This document shows positions 1-9,847 of a stretch of DNA of 34,358 nt, one piece after another. The notes beneath the pieces are model-generated. The model saw only the letters and a list, made by a program, of their open reading frames with translations, was not told the origin of the DNA and made no database searches. Source of the DNA: an uncultured Methanosarcinales archaeon (GTDB lineage Archaea; Nanobdellota; Nanobdellia; Woesearchaeales; JABMPP01). The stretch covers positions 1 through 34,358 of the forward strand of contig CAZSAD010000016.1 of NCBI GenBank assembly GCA_964604995.1, given 5' to 3'. The translations under genes were made by a program, and so were the position numbers. The number at the start of each line of letters is the position of its first letter. Within the stretch, counting starts at the first letter, position 1.

Positions 1-1115
1 TAATCCTTATCTAGTGTTATAACTAAATTATTTCTTAAATTACTATCCGGATTAAATCCATGCGATAGTGCATTTTTATCATAAACTACTTTTGCGCGTT
101 CAATTGTTAGTCCTGCTTTAGGATCTTCCATATTCTTCTTAACCCACATATTATTTTCGGCAGACTGAATTGCAACTCTTTGCATACCTAACTCTTTACT
201 GATATATTTTCCAAGAGCCACTGCAAATTTTTTGATATCAAAATAATGTAAAGCTAAAGGTGTTCCTGTGTGTTCTAATTCAAGAACTCCTTTTTTTCTG
301 TGTTGATTTACAGGATTTATATATTGATACTGTACAAGCATAAGTGTATCTTTAGTTGGACAATACATGCTTACTACAGCATTTATTTTACCCTCATAAA
401 ATATTCCAACTCCACTTGAAGAATCAAGCCAAACTATTTGGGCATTATTTTTTGGCTGTTCATTTGGGGAGAAACCTTGTGCGTAATGTGTAGGTGAATT
501 ATATAATGTAAGAAGTTGTTTTGCACTAAATGTTTGATAATCATCAAAACCTACTTTTTTGTTTGATATCTTTGATTCTATTAGCATTTGGGTTAAATCC
601 ATATTAGTTAATACTTCATTAAGATTATCTTTTAACATAACATTTGATTCTATTGTTTTAAAATCATAAAAAAAATCAAATGTATTTGGTTCAAGACTAA
701 AATAAAGTAAAGATAATACATTTTCAAGTACTTTAGCTTTCTCTTTTCCAATTATTGAAATAGCAGTATTCTTAACTTCATCTCTTGGGATCCCAACTGT
801 ATGCCCCCATTCCCAAATAATTGCATCATTTCCAAAGTTATCAATTACTGATGCTTGGTTTGCACAGTAAAGTAATGTGTAAATTTCAGGTTTGTTAGAA
901 TACTTGTCTAATGATTGTATTGAAAAATCTTTAATTGGATTTTCTTCAATAGTTTTTATTAGGTGATTAAACACATCTAAAACATGGATGTTTTGCGATA
1001 CTCCTAACATATTCTTAAAATAATCTTTATTTTCAGATACAAATTCATCTAAATTTTTAATAGATTTTTCATTTGTTGTATACTCATTAAAAAATTTGTT
1101 TGTTGTAATTTCCAT
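1..1115 (-). CDS. Hypothetical protein, about 371 aa, reaching the left window edge; the C-terminal half loosely resembles VirK/DUF535-like proteins
   Basis: Read by hand (absent from the ORF track): open from ATG at 1115 (MEITTNKFFNEY...) to ...NLVITLDKD, then TA at the window edge (possibly the stop). The family resemblance is by eye only. Confidence 0.75.
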   Translation of the reverse strand, partial: MEITTNKFFNEYTTNEKSIKNLDEFVSENKDYFKNMLGVSQNIHVLDVFNHLIKTIEENPIKDFSIQSLDKYSNKPEIYTLLYCANQASVIDNFGNDAIIWEWGHTVGIPRDEVKNTAISIIGKEKAKVLENVLSLLYFSLEPNTFDFFYDFKTIESNVMLKDNLNEVLTNMDLTQMLIESKISNKKVGFDDYQTFSAKQLLTLYNSPTHYAQGFSPNEQPKNNAQIVWLDSSSGVGIFYEGKINAVVSMYCPTKDTLMLVQYQYINPVNQHRKKGVLELEHTGTPLALHYFDIKKFAVALGKYISKELGMQRVAIQSAENNMWVKKNMEDPKAGLTIERAKVVYDKNALSHGFNPDSNLRNNLVITLDKD

Positions 1116-1324
1116 TCTTTTGGGAGAAAACGACAATTTAAAAATCTTATCAATGTAACCACTTTTTAGTAATATATAAATTTAGGGTATTTTTAATAAT
1201 TTCTCTCTTTAATTTTTTAAATTTTACTTATTCATTTATTTTTAAAATGTTGTGAAAATTTAAAAAATTTAACTAGATTATATAGTGTCAAAAGCTTTAT
1301 TAACTTAAAAACTAAGTTAGTATT

Positions 1325-1729
1325 ATGGTTATAATTGTTCAACCTATTGCAGCATATCTCTCTTTGGTAAATCAAGTTTTATTAGACAAAGATTCAAATA
1401 ATTTAGAAATTGGGAATCTTGGAATTGAAGAAAAACTCAAACCAAATATTAAATCACACATTATATTTATTGAATACAAACTTCCCGACGGAACAATAAA
1501 TACCTTTGTAGATAAACATTATCAAGTTGATATTAATACAGATTTCGATATTTCTGCAGCTGTGGAAAAATATATCCTCAAAAAGGATTTGCCAGAAAAC
1601 TTAGAATTAATGCGATTCTTTGTTAAAATCAATAACAAAAAGAATAAAATTGTTGCCCAATATGGGGATTTTAATATGGAAGAATTTAATAAAATTCTAA
1701 ACAATAAAAATTACTTTCCAGCTATATAA
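1325..1729 (+). CDS. Hypothetical protein (134 aa)
   Basis: ORF with ATG start and a TTTATTAA box about 30 nt upstream; no recognisable motif. Confidence 0.7.
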   Translation: MVIIVQPIAAYLSLVNQVLLDKDSNNLEIGNLGIEEKLKPNIKSHIIFIEYKLPDGTINTFVDKHYQVDINTDFDISAAVEKYILKKDLPENLELMRFFVKINNKKNKIVAQYGDFNMEEFNKILNNKNYFPAI

Positions 1730-1749
1730 ACAGAAAAAAATATGTGATT

Positions 1750-2122
1750 TTAGTGTTTGAATAGTCTTATTCCAGAAAATACCATGGCTAGAGCTGACCT
1801 AAAGCTCGCACGGAAGATGAAGTGACATTGCTAGTGCAAGTCACCCGAGNNNNNNNNNNNNNNNNNNNNNNNNNNNNNNNNNNNNNNNNNNNNNNNNNNN
1901 NNNNNNNNNNNNNNNNNNNNNNNNNNNNNNNNNNNNNNNNNNNNNNNNNCTGAAGAAATAATTTCAATTTAATGTTTGAATAATCTTATTCCAGAAAATA
2001 CCATGGCTAGAGCTGGCCTCAGCTCGCACGGAAGATAAGGTGACATTGCTAGTGCAAGTCACCCGAGCTGAAGAAATAATTTCAATTTAATGTTTGAATA
2101 ATCTTATTCCAGAAAATACCAT
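1750..2122. repeat. Tandem array, 118-bp unit = last 12 codons of purH (incl. stop) + two-hairpin core + AT-rich tail; interrupted by a 100-N gap
   Basis: 36-bp purH 3' end at 1750-1785, 1969-2004 and 2087-2122; core at 1791-1849 and 2010-2067; CTGAAG recurs at 1950 and 2068 (period 118). Confidence 0.93.
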
Positions 2123-3622
2123 AGATATTTCATGTTCATTAGCTGCATCAATTACTTCTTGGTCACGAATTGAACCACCAGGTTGAACAATTGAGGCAAC
2201 GCCTGCCTTTGCTGCTTCATCAACACCATCTCTAAATGGGAAAAAAGCATCAGAACACATTATACTTTCTTTTATTCTATTTTTTCCTTTTTCAGTTGCA
2301 ATTCTTACTGAGTCAACTCTTGACATTTGACCTGCACCAATGCCAACTGTCGTACCATCTTTTACAAAAACAACACAATTTGACTTAACATGCTTTGCAA
2401 CTTTTATTGCAAAAATCATATCATTCATTTGTTTATCTGTTGCTTTTTTATTAGTTACTGTTTTGAAATGTTCTTTTTTTAATTCTGGAAAATCGCGAGA
2501 TTGGGTTAATAAACCACCGACAACACTTCTTACTTCTTTTCCATTATTTGTTTTGATTGTATCATTTGTTTCTATTAATCTTAAATTCTTTTTTTCTTTA
2601 AGAAGCAAAAGTGCATCATCATCAAATTTTGGGCAAACAACTACTTCTACAAAATTTGGTTTTAATAGCATTGCAGTTTTTAAATCACAATTTTTATTTA
2701 ATGCAACAACGCATCCAAATGCAGACAAAGGATCGCAATCCAAAGCTTTTTTGTAAGCATTAGATATTTCATTATCAATTGCAACTCCGCATGGATTGGT
2801 ATGTTTAATTATTGCACAGCATGGTTCTGTAAATTCTTTAACAAGTTCAAATGCTTCATTTGCATCTAAAATATTATTGTATGATAATTGTTTACCGTGC
2901 AAAATTTTCCCATATGCGATGTTTGAATCAATGCAATTTTCTGTTTTGAAGAATGATGCTTTTTGATAGGGGTTTTCACCATATCTTAATTCTTCACCTT
3001 TAACAAAAATAGGTCTGTAGATATTCTCGTCTAAAAATTCTTTGCTTAAATATTTGTCAATTGCCGCATCGTAATTAGTAACTCTTCTAAATGCTTTAAC
3101 ACAAAATTCTTTAAGATCTGCTAAACCAATATTATCTTGTTTTATTCTTTCAATCACATTTTTGTAATCATTTGGATCAACAATTACTGCAACACTTTCA
3201 TAGTTCTTGGCTGCTGCTCTAATAAGCGAAACTCCGCCAATATCTATATCTTCTATCGCATCTTGCAGTTTAGGATTTTTTGAAACAGTTTGTTCAAATG
3301 GATATAAATTCACAACAACTAAATCAATTGGTTTGATATTTTTTTCAATTAATTGCTCTATGTGCGATTTATCATTTCTAATTGCAAGTATACCTGCAAA
3401 TATTTTAGGATGTAATGTTTTTACTCTTCCATTTAGAACTTCTGGAAAATTAGTATAATCTTCAACTTTAGTAACTTTTATTTTATTTTCAATAAGTAGT
3501 TTAGAAGTGCCGCCAGTTGCAATAATTTCTATTTCTAATAACTCTAACTCTTTTGCAAATTCAACAATTCCAGTTTTATCTGAGACACTAATCAATGCAA
3601 CTTTTGGTTTAATCTTTTTCAC
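2087..3622 (-). CDS. purH: Bifunctional AICAR transformylase/IMP cyclohydrolase
   Basis: Motifs ALISVSDKTG, GRVKTLHP, IDIGG..LIRAAAKN, LRYGENPYQ, SDAFFPFRDG, QPGGSIRD; GTG start. Confidence 0.97.
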   Translation of the reverse strand: MKKIKPKVALISVSDKTGIVEFAKELELLEIEIIATGGTSKLLIENKIKVTKVEDYTNFPEVLNGRVKTLHPKIFAGILAIRNDKSHIEQLIEKNIKPIDLVVVNLYPFEQTVSKNPKLQDAIEDIDIGGVSLIRAAAKNYESVAVIVDPNDYKNVIERIKQDNIGLADLKEFCVKAFRRVTNYDAAIDKYLSKEFLDENIYRPIFVKGEELRYGENPYQKASFFKTENCIDSNIAYGKILHGKQLSYNNILDANEAFELVKEFTEPCCAIIKHTNPCGVAIDNEISNAYKKALDCDPLSAFGCVVALNKNCDLKTAMLLKPNFVEVVVCPKFDDDALLLLKEKKNLRLIETNDTIKTNNGKEVRSVVGGLLTQSRDFPELKKEHFKTVTNKKATDKQMNDMIFAIKVAKHVKSNCVVFVKDGTTVGIGAGQMSRVDSVRIATEKGKNRIKESIMCSDAFFPFRDGVDEAAKAGVASIVQPGGSIRDQEVIDAANEHEISMVFSGIRLFKH

Positions 3623-3665
3623 CTGGTTTATGTTTTATTTATTTTAATAACTAGTTATTATTTTA

Positions 3666-4256
3666 TTAATTAGTTGTTTTATTATTCAGGAGCCATTTTG
3701 CAAGTTGTCTAAATGCATCTGATCTATGGCTTATTTTATTTTTTCCTTCTCTTGGTAGGAATGCAATCACTTTATTATTTTCATTAATTTTCTTATTATC
3801 ATTATCTTTAATGAAAATCCTTTCATAAGGCATTACATCTAAATCCATTCCATCTGGGGTTTTTGAAAGTGTGCCAGTTAATTTACCAACAAAAATTTTA
3901 GTTGTTTTATTGTCTGAATAAGCAAGAGCGCTTCTAAATTCAGCCCCTCTATTTTGTTCATTTTCTAATAGTTTCAAAAGTCCTTTGTATCCAAGTAAAC
4001 TAAACATTAACTTAGGATTAGAGCCTGGAAAATTAGGATATAAATGATAATAAAAACCTGTATCTTCAACAACAATTGGCAAATTTGTTTTTGCTGATAA
4101 TTTTTCAGCATTTATTTTTGCAACTTCTTCAATTGATTTTTCCTTGTCTTCTTCTTTTTCATAAGGTAGTTGCTCAACATCTATTTTGAATTCAGACATT
4201 ATAGCTTTAACTTCCTCAACTTTATGCTTGTTTTTTGTTGCAAAATATATTTTCAT
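3666..4256 (-). CDS. rdgB: Non-canonical purine NTP pyrophosphatase (RdgB/HAM1 family)
   Basis: FATKNKHKVEE, VVEDTG, C-terminal KNKISHR motif. Confidence 0.92.
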   Translation of the reverse strand: MKIYFATKNKHKVEEVKAIMSEFKIDVEQLPYEKEEDKEKSIEEVAKINAEKLSAKTNLPIVVEDTGFYYHLYPNFPGSNPKLMFSLLGYKGLLKLLENEQNRGAEFRSALAYSDNKTTKIFVGKLTGTLSKTPDGMDLDVMPYERIFIKDNDNKKINENNKVIAFLPREGKNKISHRSDAFRQLAKWLLNNKTTN

Positions 4257-4273
4257 TTTTATCAGCTATTTTA

Positions 4274-4885
4274 TCAATTATCAATTATTACTTTTTTATT
4301 CTCAACTTTAATTTTACCTTCAGTGTAAAGTTTAACTGATTTGATTATTATATCCTGTTCTGCTTTCTGAACTTTTTCTTTTAATGAATCAACAGTTTCA
4401 TTTTCAGATATATTCACTGATTTTTGCATAATAATGGGTCCACCATCAACTACATCTTCTACAAAATGTAATGTGCAACCAGTTATTTTAACTTTACTTG
4501 CTAACACAAGTTCGTGTACATTTTTATCCATTCCTCCTGCAAAATCTGGCAAAAGTGATGGATGAATATTCATAATCTTATTTTTGTACCTATTTACAAA
4601 CCATGATGAAACTATTCTCATATAACCAATCATTAAAATAAGTTCAACACCATTATGGTCTAATGTTTCTGCAACTTCTTTATCAAATTCTTCCCGCATT
4701 TTTTTCTTGGGATTAATAAATATTGCAGGAATATTATGTTTTTTTGCTCTTTCTAGTGCAAATGCATTTTCTTTATCAGAAATTAAAATTGTTATTTTTG
4801 CATCCAACTCTTTGTTTTCAATAGCATCTATTAAACCTTGTAGATCAGATGCCTTTGTTGAAGATAGAATCCCTATTTTTAGCAT
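4274..4885 (-). CDS. purN: Phosphoribosylglycinamide formyltransferase
   Basis: GYMRIV, NIHPSLLP, TGCTLHFV, DGGPII motifs; clustered with purH. Confidence 0.95.
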   Translation of the reverse strand: MLKIGILSSTKASDLQGLIDAIENKELDAKITILISDKENAFALERAKKHNIPAIFINPKKKMREEFDKEVAETLDHNGVELILMIGYMRIVSSWFVNRYKNKIMNIHPSLLPDFAGGMDKNVHELVLASKVKITGCTLHFVEDVVDGGPIIMQKSVNISENETVDSLKEKVQKAEQDIIIKSVKLYTEGKIKVENKKVIIDN

Positions 4886-5008
4886 GTATATCTTGTTTAT
4901 GGATTAAGGGAAGGTATTTAAAATTTTACTTTTCAATTGATAAACCTAAAATTCAAATTTAAAAAAATTGAAAAATATAAGGTAAAAAAAATATAAAAAA
5001 TTAAAAAA

Positions 5009-5755
5009 TTATTTACTTTTAGAAAATTTTTGAACCATTTCCATAACTTCAACAGGTAAAGCTAGTACAACAGTATTACTAGCTGTTGGTCCTAAACCAT
5101 CTAAAGTTTGAAGAGTTCTTAGTTGCATTGCACCTTTTGCTGTAGCCATAACTTTAGCAGCTGATGCTAAATTCTTTGCAGCGTCTCTATCGCCTTCACT
5201 TTTGATGATAACTGCTCTTTTTTCTCTTTCAGCTGCTGCTTGTCTACTCATTATTCTTTTTAAGTCATCAGGAACTTCGATATCTTGGAGTTTGATAACT
5301 TGTATGTCTAAACCCCATTGGTCGGTTTCCTTATCTACAATTTTACCAATTTCATCTCCAATTTTTTGTCTTTCTGCAAGAATTGTATCCAAACTCATTC
5401 CACCAATAACATCTCTTAAAGCTGTTTGAGCATATTGTGAGAGAGCATATTCATAATCTTGAACTTTTATTATTGCATCTTCAACTTTTCTAATTTTAAA
5501 AAAGACAACACCATTAACATTTACAGGTACGTTATCTTTTGTCATAACTTGTTGTTTTTCAATATCTACAATTCTAACTCTCATATCTACAACAGTCATT
5601 CTTTGAATAATTGGAAAAAGATAAGTAAGTCCTGGTTTTCTTGTACTGGTGTATTTACCAAGAGTAAAAACAACACCTTGTTCATATTGGTTAATTATTC
5701 TAATTCCTATTAGTATTACCAATACTAATGCAATTATTAAAAAAATTTCATACAT
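5009..5755 (-). CDS. SPFH/band 7 (stomatin-like) membrane protein
   Basis: N-terminal TM helix, YEQGVVFTLGK, TKDNV, AQTALRDVIG, QAAAEREKRA; GGGTGA SD upstream. Confidence 0.93.
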   Translation of the reverse strand: MYEIFLIIALVLVILIGIRIINQYEQGVVFTLGKYTSTRKPGLTYLFPIIQRMTVVDMRVRIVDIEKQQVMTKDNVPVNVNGVVFFKIRKVEDAIIKVQDYEYALSQYAQTALRDVIGGMSLDTILAERQKIGDEIGKIVDKETDQWGLDIQVIKLQDIEVPDDLKRIMSRQAAAEREKRAVIIKSEGDRDAAKNLASAAKVMATAKGAMQLRTLQTLDGLGPTASNTVVLALPVEVMEMVQKFSKSK

Positions 5756-5807
5756 ATTAAATCACCCAACCACTTATAATAATTGGAAGTATAAAAATCT
5801 AAGTGTG

Positions 5808-5845
5808 TTTTTAGTATTTCATATGCTTTTTAGTATTTCATATGC
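5808..5845. repeat. 19-bp perfect tandem duplication in a divergent intergenic region
   Basis: TTTTTAGTATTTCATATGC at 5808-5826 and 5827-5845. Confidence 0.85.
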
Positions 5846-5955
5846 AAATATGTGCAAATATAATTGTTTTTTCGAAAAAATATGAACTAAAATTCAATCA
5901 TCTATAAAAAAGCCAAGTTATATATCCAATTTAAATTTTCTGAATGAGGGTAACC

Positions 5956-6606
5956 ATGATAAATACTATAATATTTGATCTCGAAGGAGTAATTATAGAC
6001 ACTGAGAAAATATGGGATATGGAATCTAAACAATTTTTAGGCAGGAGAGGGATAGAATATAATAGGGACAAACTAAAACCTCTTTTGACGGGTCTTAGTA
6101 TAAGTGATGGTGCCAAAGTTATGAAAGAGAAATATTTCTTAGAAGGAGATATTCCAGAACTGGCTAACGAAAGAACTCAAATAATCACAAATCTTTTCAG
6201 TGAAAAAATAGAATTTATTGGCGGTTTTTTAGAATTTTATGAACAAATCAAAGATAATTATAAAATGTGTATAGGGACAGCATTAAAAAAAGATCTTTTA
6301 GAATTGGTTGATAAAAAACTCAATCTAAAATCTATGTTCAATAATCAAATATATACAATTGAGGATGTGGGTGGAAAATCCAAGTCAGACCCCTCAATTT
6401 TTTTATATGGGGCAAAAATGCTAGGAGCACTCCCAGAAAATTGTGCAGTAATTGAAGATGCACCAAAAGGAATTGAAGGTGCAAAAAATGCTGGAATGTA
6501 TGCAATTGGCATTACAACAACATATAACAAAGATAAACTTAACAAAGCAAATCTTATTATTAAAAGTTTTAAAGAAATAAATTTGGATGAACTAAAAGCA
6601 GCTTAA
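5956..6606 (+). CDS. HAD-family phosphatase (beta-phosphoglucomutase/CbbY-like)
   Basis: FDLEGVIIDTE, KSDP, IEDAPKGIEGA motifs; start placed at the second ATG (5956), after a GAGGG SD. Confidence 0.9.
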   Translation: MINTIIFDLEGVIIDTEKIWDMESKQFLGRRGIEYNRDKLKPLLTGLSISDGAKVMKEKYFLEGDIPELANERTQIITNLFSEKIEFIGGFLEFYEQIKDNYKMCIGTALKKDLLELVDKKLNLKSMFNNQIYTIEDVGGKSKSDPSIFLYGAKMLGALPENCAVIEDAPKGIEGAKNAGMYAIGITTTYNKDKLNKANLIIKSFKEINLDELKAA

Positions 6607-6715
6607 TTATATTGTTTCATTTAGTATTGTTTAATTTAATATTATTTAATTTAGTTCTAGGTGGGATTTTTCATTTCTACTAAGATTTTTAATAAGTATA
6701 ACATTCTAATTATAT

Positions 6716-7054
6716 ATGGCTACACAATGGACTTCGGAACAAATGCAAGAAGAAGCTAAACTATGGGACATGCTAAAAAAAGGTCCTAATCCTGAGAAAT
6801 ATTCTAAGATAGCAACTGAACAAGTTTATTCTGGTGATATGCTTCCATTTGAAGAAGCAAAAAACAGATTACAAAATGTTATAGCTAAGCAAATGCAAGA
6901 AGCAGGAAGTCTTGAACATATAGCTTCATCAGCACCGCACACATCAGCTTCTGAAAATTCACATTATAATCAGAAACCTAAAAAAACATATTGGGAATTA
7001 ACAAAAGCTGCAGGTATTGCTGCATTTTCTTATTTGGGTCTTAGAATGCTATAA
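6716..7054 (+). CDS. Hypothetical protein (112 aa) with a hydrophobic C-terminal tail
   Basis: ORF with ATG; ends AAGIAAFSYLGLRML. Confidence 0.7.
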   Translation: MATQWTSEQMQEEAKLWDMLKKGPNPEKYSKIATEQVYSGDMLPFEEAKNRLQNVIAKQMQEAGSLEHIASSAPHTSASENSHYNQKPKKTYWELTKAAGIAAFSYLGLRML

Positions 7055-7157
7055 TTTGTTTAGTAAATATTTGTTTAATAAATTTGTTTAGTAAATATTT
7101 ATTTGTAAGATCTCTTTGTAAGATAGCTTATTATACTCTGTTTGATTCTAATTATTT

Positions 7158-7934
7158 ATGCCAAGCTTTTGGGGACTTGTAAACAGAGTAATAAGAGAAG
7201 CAGATGTACTTTTGCTTTTGTTAGATGCAAGACTTGTAAACGAAACAAGAAATCTTGAAATTGAATCTAAAGTTAGGCAAAAAGGAAAACCTTTGATTTA
7301 TGTAGTTACTAAATGCGATTTAGTAGGAAAAGCTCATGCTGAAAAATGGAAATCTATTTTGAATCCATGTGTTTTTATTTCAGCAAAAGAAAAAATGGGT
7401 ACGCTTAAATTAAGAGAAAGAATATTCATGGAAGCAAAAAAAGTGAATCCTTCTATCAATAAAATAATTGTTGGTGTTTTAGGTTATCCAAATGTTGGAA
7501 AATCTTCTTTAATCAATGCAATGAAAGGAACAAATTCTGCTCCAACAAGTTCTATGTCGGGATTCACAAGAGGAGTTCAAAGAGTAAAAGCTAGCAATAG
7601 AATTATGATGTTAGATACTCCTGGTGTTATTCCTTACGAAGAAAAAGATGCATTAAAGCACAGTTTAATTGGAACAATTGATTTTACTAAAGCTAAAGAG
7701 TGCGATCTTATTGTAATGGAACTTATGTTAAAATTTCCAGGAGTAATTGAAGAGCATTTTAATGTTCCAATAAATGAAGATAAAGAGCAAACATTAATGG
7801 ATATTTGCAAAAAGAAAAATTTCTTGAAGAAAGGTGGAGAATCTGATCTTTTGAGAATGGCAAGAGAAATATTAAAAGATTGGCAGAAAGGTACAATAAA
7901 ACAAGTTTACAAAAGACCTGATTATAAATTATAA
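7158..7934 (+). CDS. Circularly permuted GTPase, RbgA/YlqF family
   Basis: G4 TKCD precedes G1 GYPNVGKSS and G3 DTPG. Confidence 0.92.
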   Translation: MPSFWGLVNRVIREADVLLLLLDARLVNETRNLEIESKVRQKGKPLIYVVTKCDLVGKAHAEKWKSILNPCVFISAKEKMGTLKLRERIFMEAKKVNPSINKIIVGVLGYPNVGKSSLINAMKGTNSAPTSSMSGFTRGVQRVKASNRIMMLDTPGVIPYEEKDALKHSLIGTIDFTKAKECDLIVMELMLKFPGVIEEHFNVPINEDKEQTLMDICKKKNFLKKGGESDLLRMAREILKDWQKGTIKQVYKRPDYKL

Positions 7935-7971
7935 TTTTAATATATAAAACTTTTAATCTAAACTATTTCTA

Positions 7972-8376
7972 CTATTTTTTATTATCATTTGTATTATTTT
8001 GCAGTAATTTTACTCTTTTTTCTTCTGCTTTGGCCTTTACCCAGTATTCTTCTTCATATTCAATTGGATGTATTTTTCCCTCAAAAATCCAGGGTTTTCT
8101 TCTTTTTAGTTTTTCAACTGAATTTTTTAGAACTGAAGTAACTGAACAATATCCTTTTTCTTCAGCTATTAATAATAAAAATAAAGTATCCCATAATACA
8201 TCGCCTAATTCATCTTCAATTTCTTTGGGGTTATTTGAACTTAAGGCAAGCTTTAATTCTTCAACTTCATCTGCTAACTCATTATATCTTTTTTCAAATG
8301 TTTGTTGCGCCGACCAGGTTGAAAATCTTCTGTCTTGTTTTAATATTTCATAAAACTCTTCAAATGTTTTTGCCAT
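7972..8376 (-). CDS. MazG-like nucleotide pyrophosphohydrolase
   Basis: DEVEEL...EDELGDVLW...KLKRRKPWIF pattern. Confidence 0.88.
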   Translation of the reverse strand: MAKTFEEFYEILKQDRRFSTWSAQQTFEKRYNELADEVEELKLALSSNNPKEIEDELGDVLWDTLFLLLIAEEKGYCSVTSVLKNSVEKLKRRKPWIFEGKIHPIEYEEEYWVKAKAEEKRVKLLQNNTNDNKK

Positions 8377-8424
8377 AAAAGTATTTTTATGTTAGGATTT
8401 ATAACTTTAATGGGTTATTAAGGG

Positions 8425-8811
8425 TTATTCATTTTGTTTATTTAATTCATATATTCCACTTATCATATTAGTTATAAATGGTATGCTAAAATATCCCATT
8501 GATTTTAGTCGTGGAAGAAATTCACTGGTTACTTGAAATATATCACTTTCTTGCCCTGATGATTGTATGCAATAAATTATTGCAGAAATCCCAACTAATA
8601 TCCCTGTCCCTGTCCCTATACCTACCCCAAGGTAATTTGTGACTGGTTTATCATTATTTTCTTGAATTATAGTTTGTGCATTATTCAATTTTCTCCAAAT
8701 TGTCGGTGCTTTGAAAAATGAAATTGAAACACCATAAGTTGTTCTAATAGAGTCATAAACTAATTCTTTAGTATATTTTATAATACGCTGTTCTAGTGAT
8801 GAATATTTCAT
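8425..8811 (-). CDS. Hypothetical membrane protein (128 aa)
   Basis: ORF with a Gly-rich hydrophobic segment LGVGIGTGTGILVGISAIIY. Confidence 0.65.
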   Translation of the reverse strand: MKYSSLEQRIIKYTKELVYDSIRTTYGVSISFFKAPTIWRKLNNAQTIIQENNDKPVTNYLGVGIGTGTGILVGISAIIYCIQSSGQESDIFQVTSEFLPRLKSMGYFSIPFITNMISGIYELNKQNE

Positions 8812-8900
8812 ACTTATCTATATCACTAATTAATTAATAAACCAGTTCTTTAAAAAAATTCAAGCAAAAGCTTTAAAAAATAAGGCTTCTTTCAATAATT

Positions 8901-9680
8901 ATGTCCTCTGTTTACTTATTACAATATAATCAAAAAACTACAAAAGATAAAATTATTTGGATACTTCTTAATGGGCCAAAAAGTCTTAAACAAGTACATC
9001 ATGAATTGTCTTATAGATATAATCAGAATATTACTAATCAAGCAGTGTTTCAAACACTTATAGAATTAAAAGAGTTAAACATTGTCCAAAAAAATAATAG
9101 AGAATACTACCTATCTGAATTGTGGGTAAAAGATGTACTTATTTTTTCAGATATTTTACGAAAACAAATTTTAGAGAAAAAAAATATTGTTTTGATTGAT
9201 AAGTATACAACAGAAATAACAATCAACTCTTATATTGAACTAGGTGATTTTCTTGTGGAGTACTTAACTAATGAAACACCAATTGTTTTAACTCTTAATC
9301 ATTTATGGTTCCCATATTTAAGAAGAGAAAAAAGAGAATTGATTCAAAAATGTATTACTGATTCTTTAATTTTTGTTTCGTCAAACTCTTTTGTAGATAG
9401 GTTATTAGCTATTTTTTACAAAAAATTTGCAAGAGTTAAATTAAATAATAAACATACAGATGGCTTTGAAACAATCCTTACTAATAAAGTTGTAATAAAA
9501 ATTTTTTTACCACAAGAATTAAAGAATAATCTTGATGCTATTTATCGTGCAAAGAAGCTTTTTTCAATAAATATACTGGATAAATTCTCTGAAATTATAC
9601 ATCAACAACACAAAATAAAAATTTTAATAATAAAAGATAAAGATATTGCGCATGAATTAATAACTAAATACCAAATGTAA
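8901..9680 (+). CDS. Hypothetical protein with a probable N-terminal winged helix-turn-helix
   Basis: KIIWILLNGPKSLKQVHHEL...ITNQAVFQTLIELKELNIV...YYLS pattern. Confidence 0.7.
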   Translation: MSSVYLLQYNQKTTKDKIIWILLNGPKSLKQVHHELSYRYNQNITNQAVFQTLIELKELNIVQKNNREYYLSELWVKDVLIFSDILRKQILEKKNIVLIDKYTTEITINSYIELGDFLVEYLTNETPIVLTLNHLWFPYLRREKRELIQKCITDSLIFVSSNSFVDRLLAIFYKKFARVKLNNKHTDGFETILTNKVVIKIFLPQELKNNLDAIYRAKKLFSINILDKFSEIIHQQHKIKILIIKDKDIAHELITKYQM

Positions 9681-9847
9681 TAATTCAAGAAAAGTTACTT
9701 TCCTTCATTAAATTTGTTAAGTTTATATCCTTTTTTAACAACTGACCAAATTTTACTATCTTTAGAGTATATTAACTTAATTACCTTAAATTTTAATTAG
9801 AATAAGAAATTTAAAAAAATAAAAAAAAGAAAAAATAAGCAAAATGC

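Noticed and set aside
2010..2067. tRNA fragment or simple intrinsic terminator as the explanation for the hairpins
   Set aside because: No cloverleaf or T-loop consensus; a terminator would not explain duplicated gene ends or the conserved inter-hairpin sequence, though a secondary terminator role is possible.
2068..2085. Hammerhead ribozyme suggested by CTGAAGA
   Set aside because: The motif is absent from the second locus and I could not build the three-stem core.
1750..2122. CRISPR array interpretation of the repeats
   Set aside because: The would-be spacers repeat within each locus and copy the adjacent gene; units are 96-118 bp; no cas genes in the window.
1750..2122. DGR template/variable repeat at a gene 3' end
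   Set aside because: No reverse transcriptase in the window, the target is a housekeeping enzyme, and the differences are few and synonymous or conservative rather than adenine-specific diversification.
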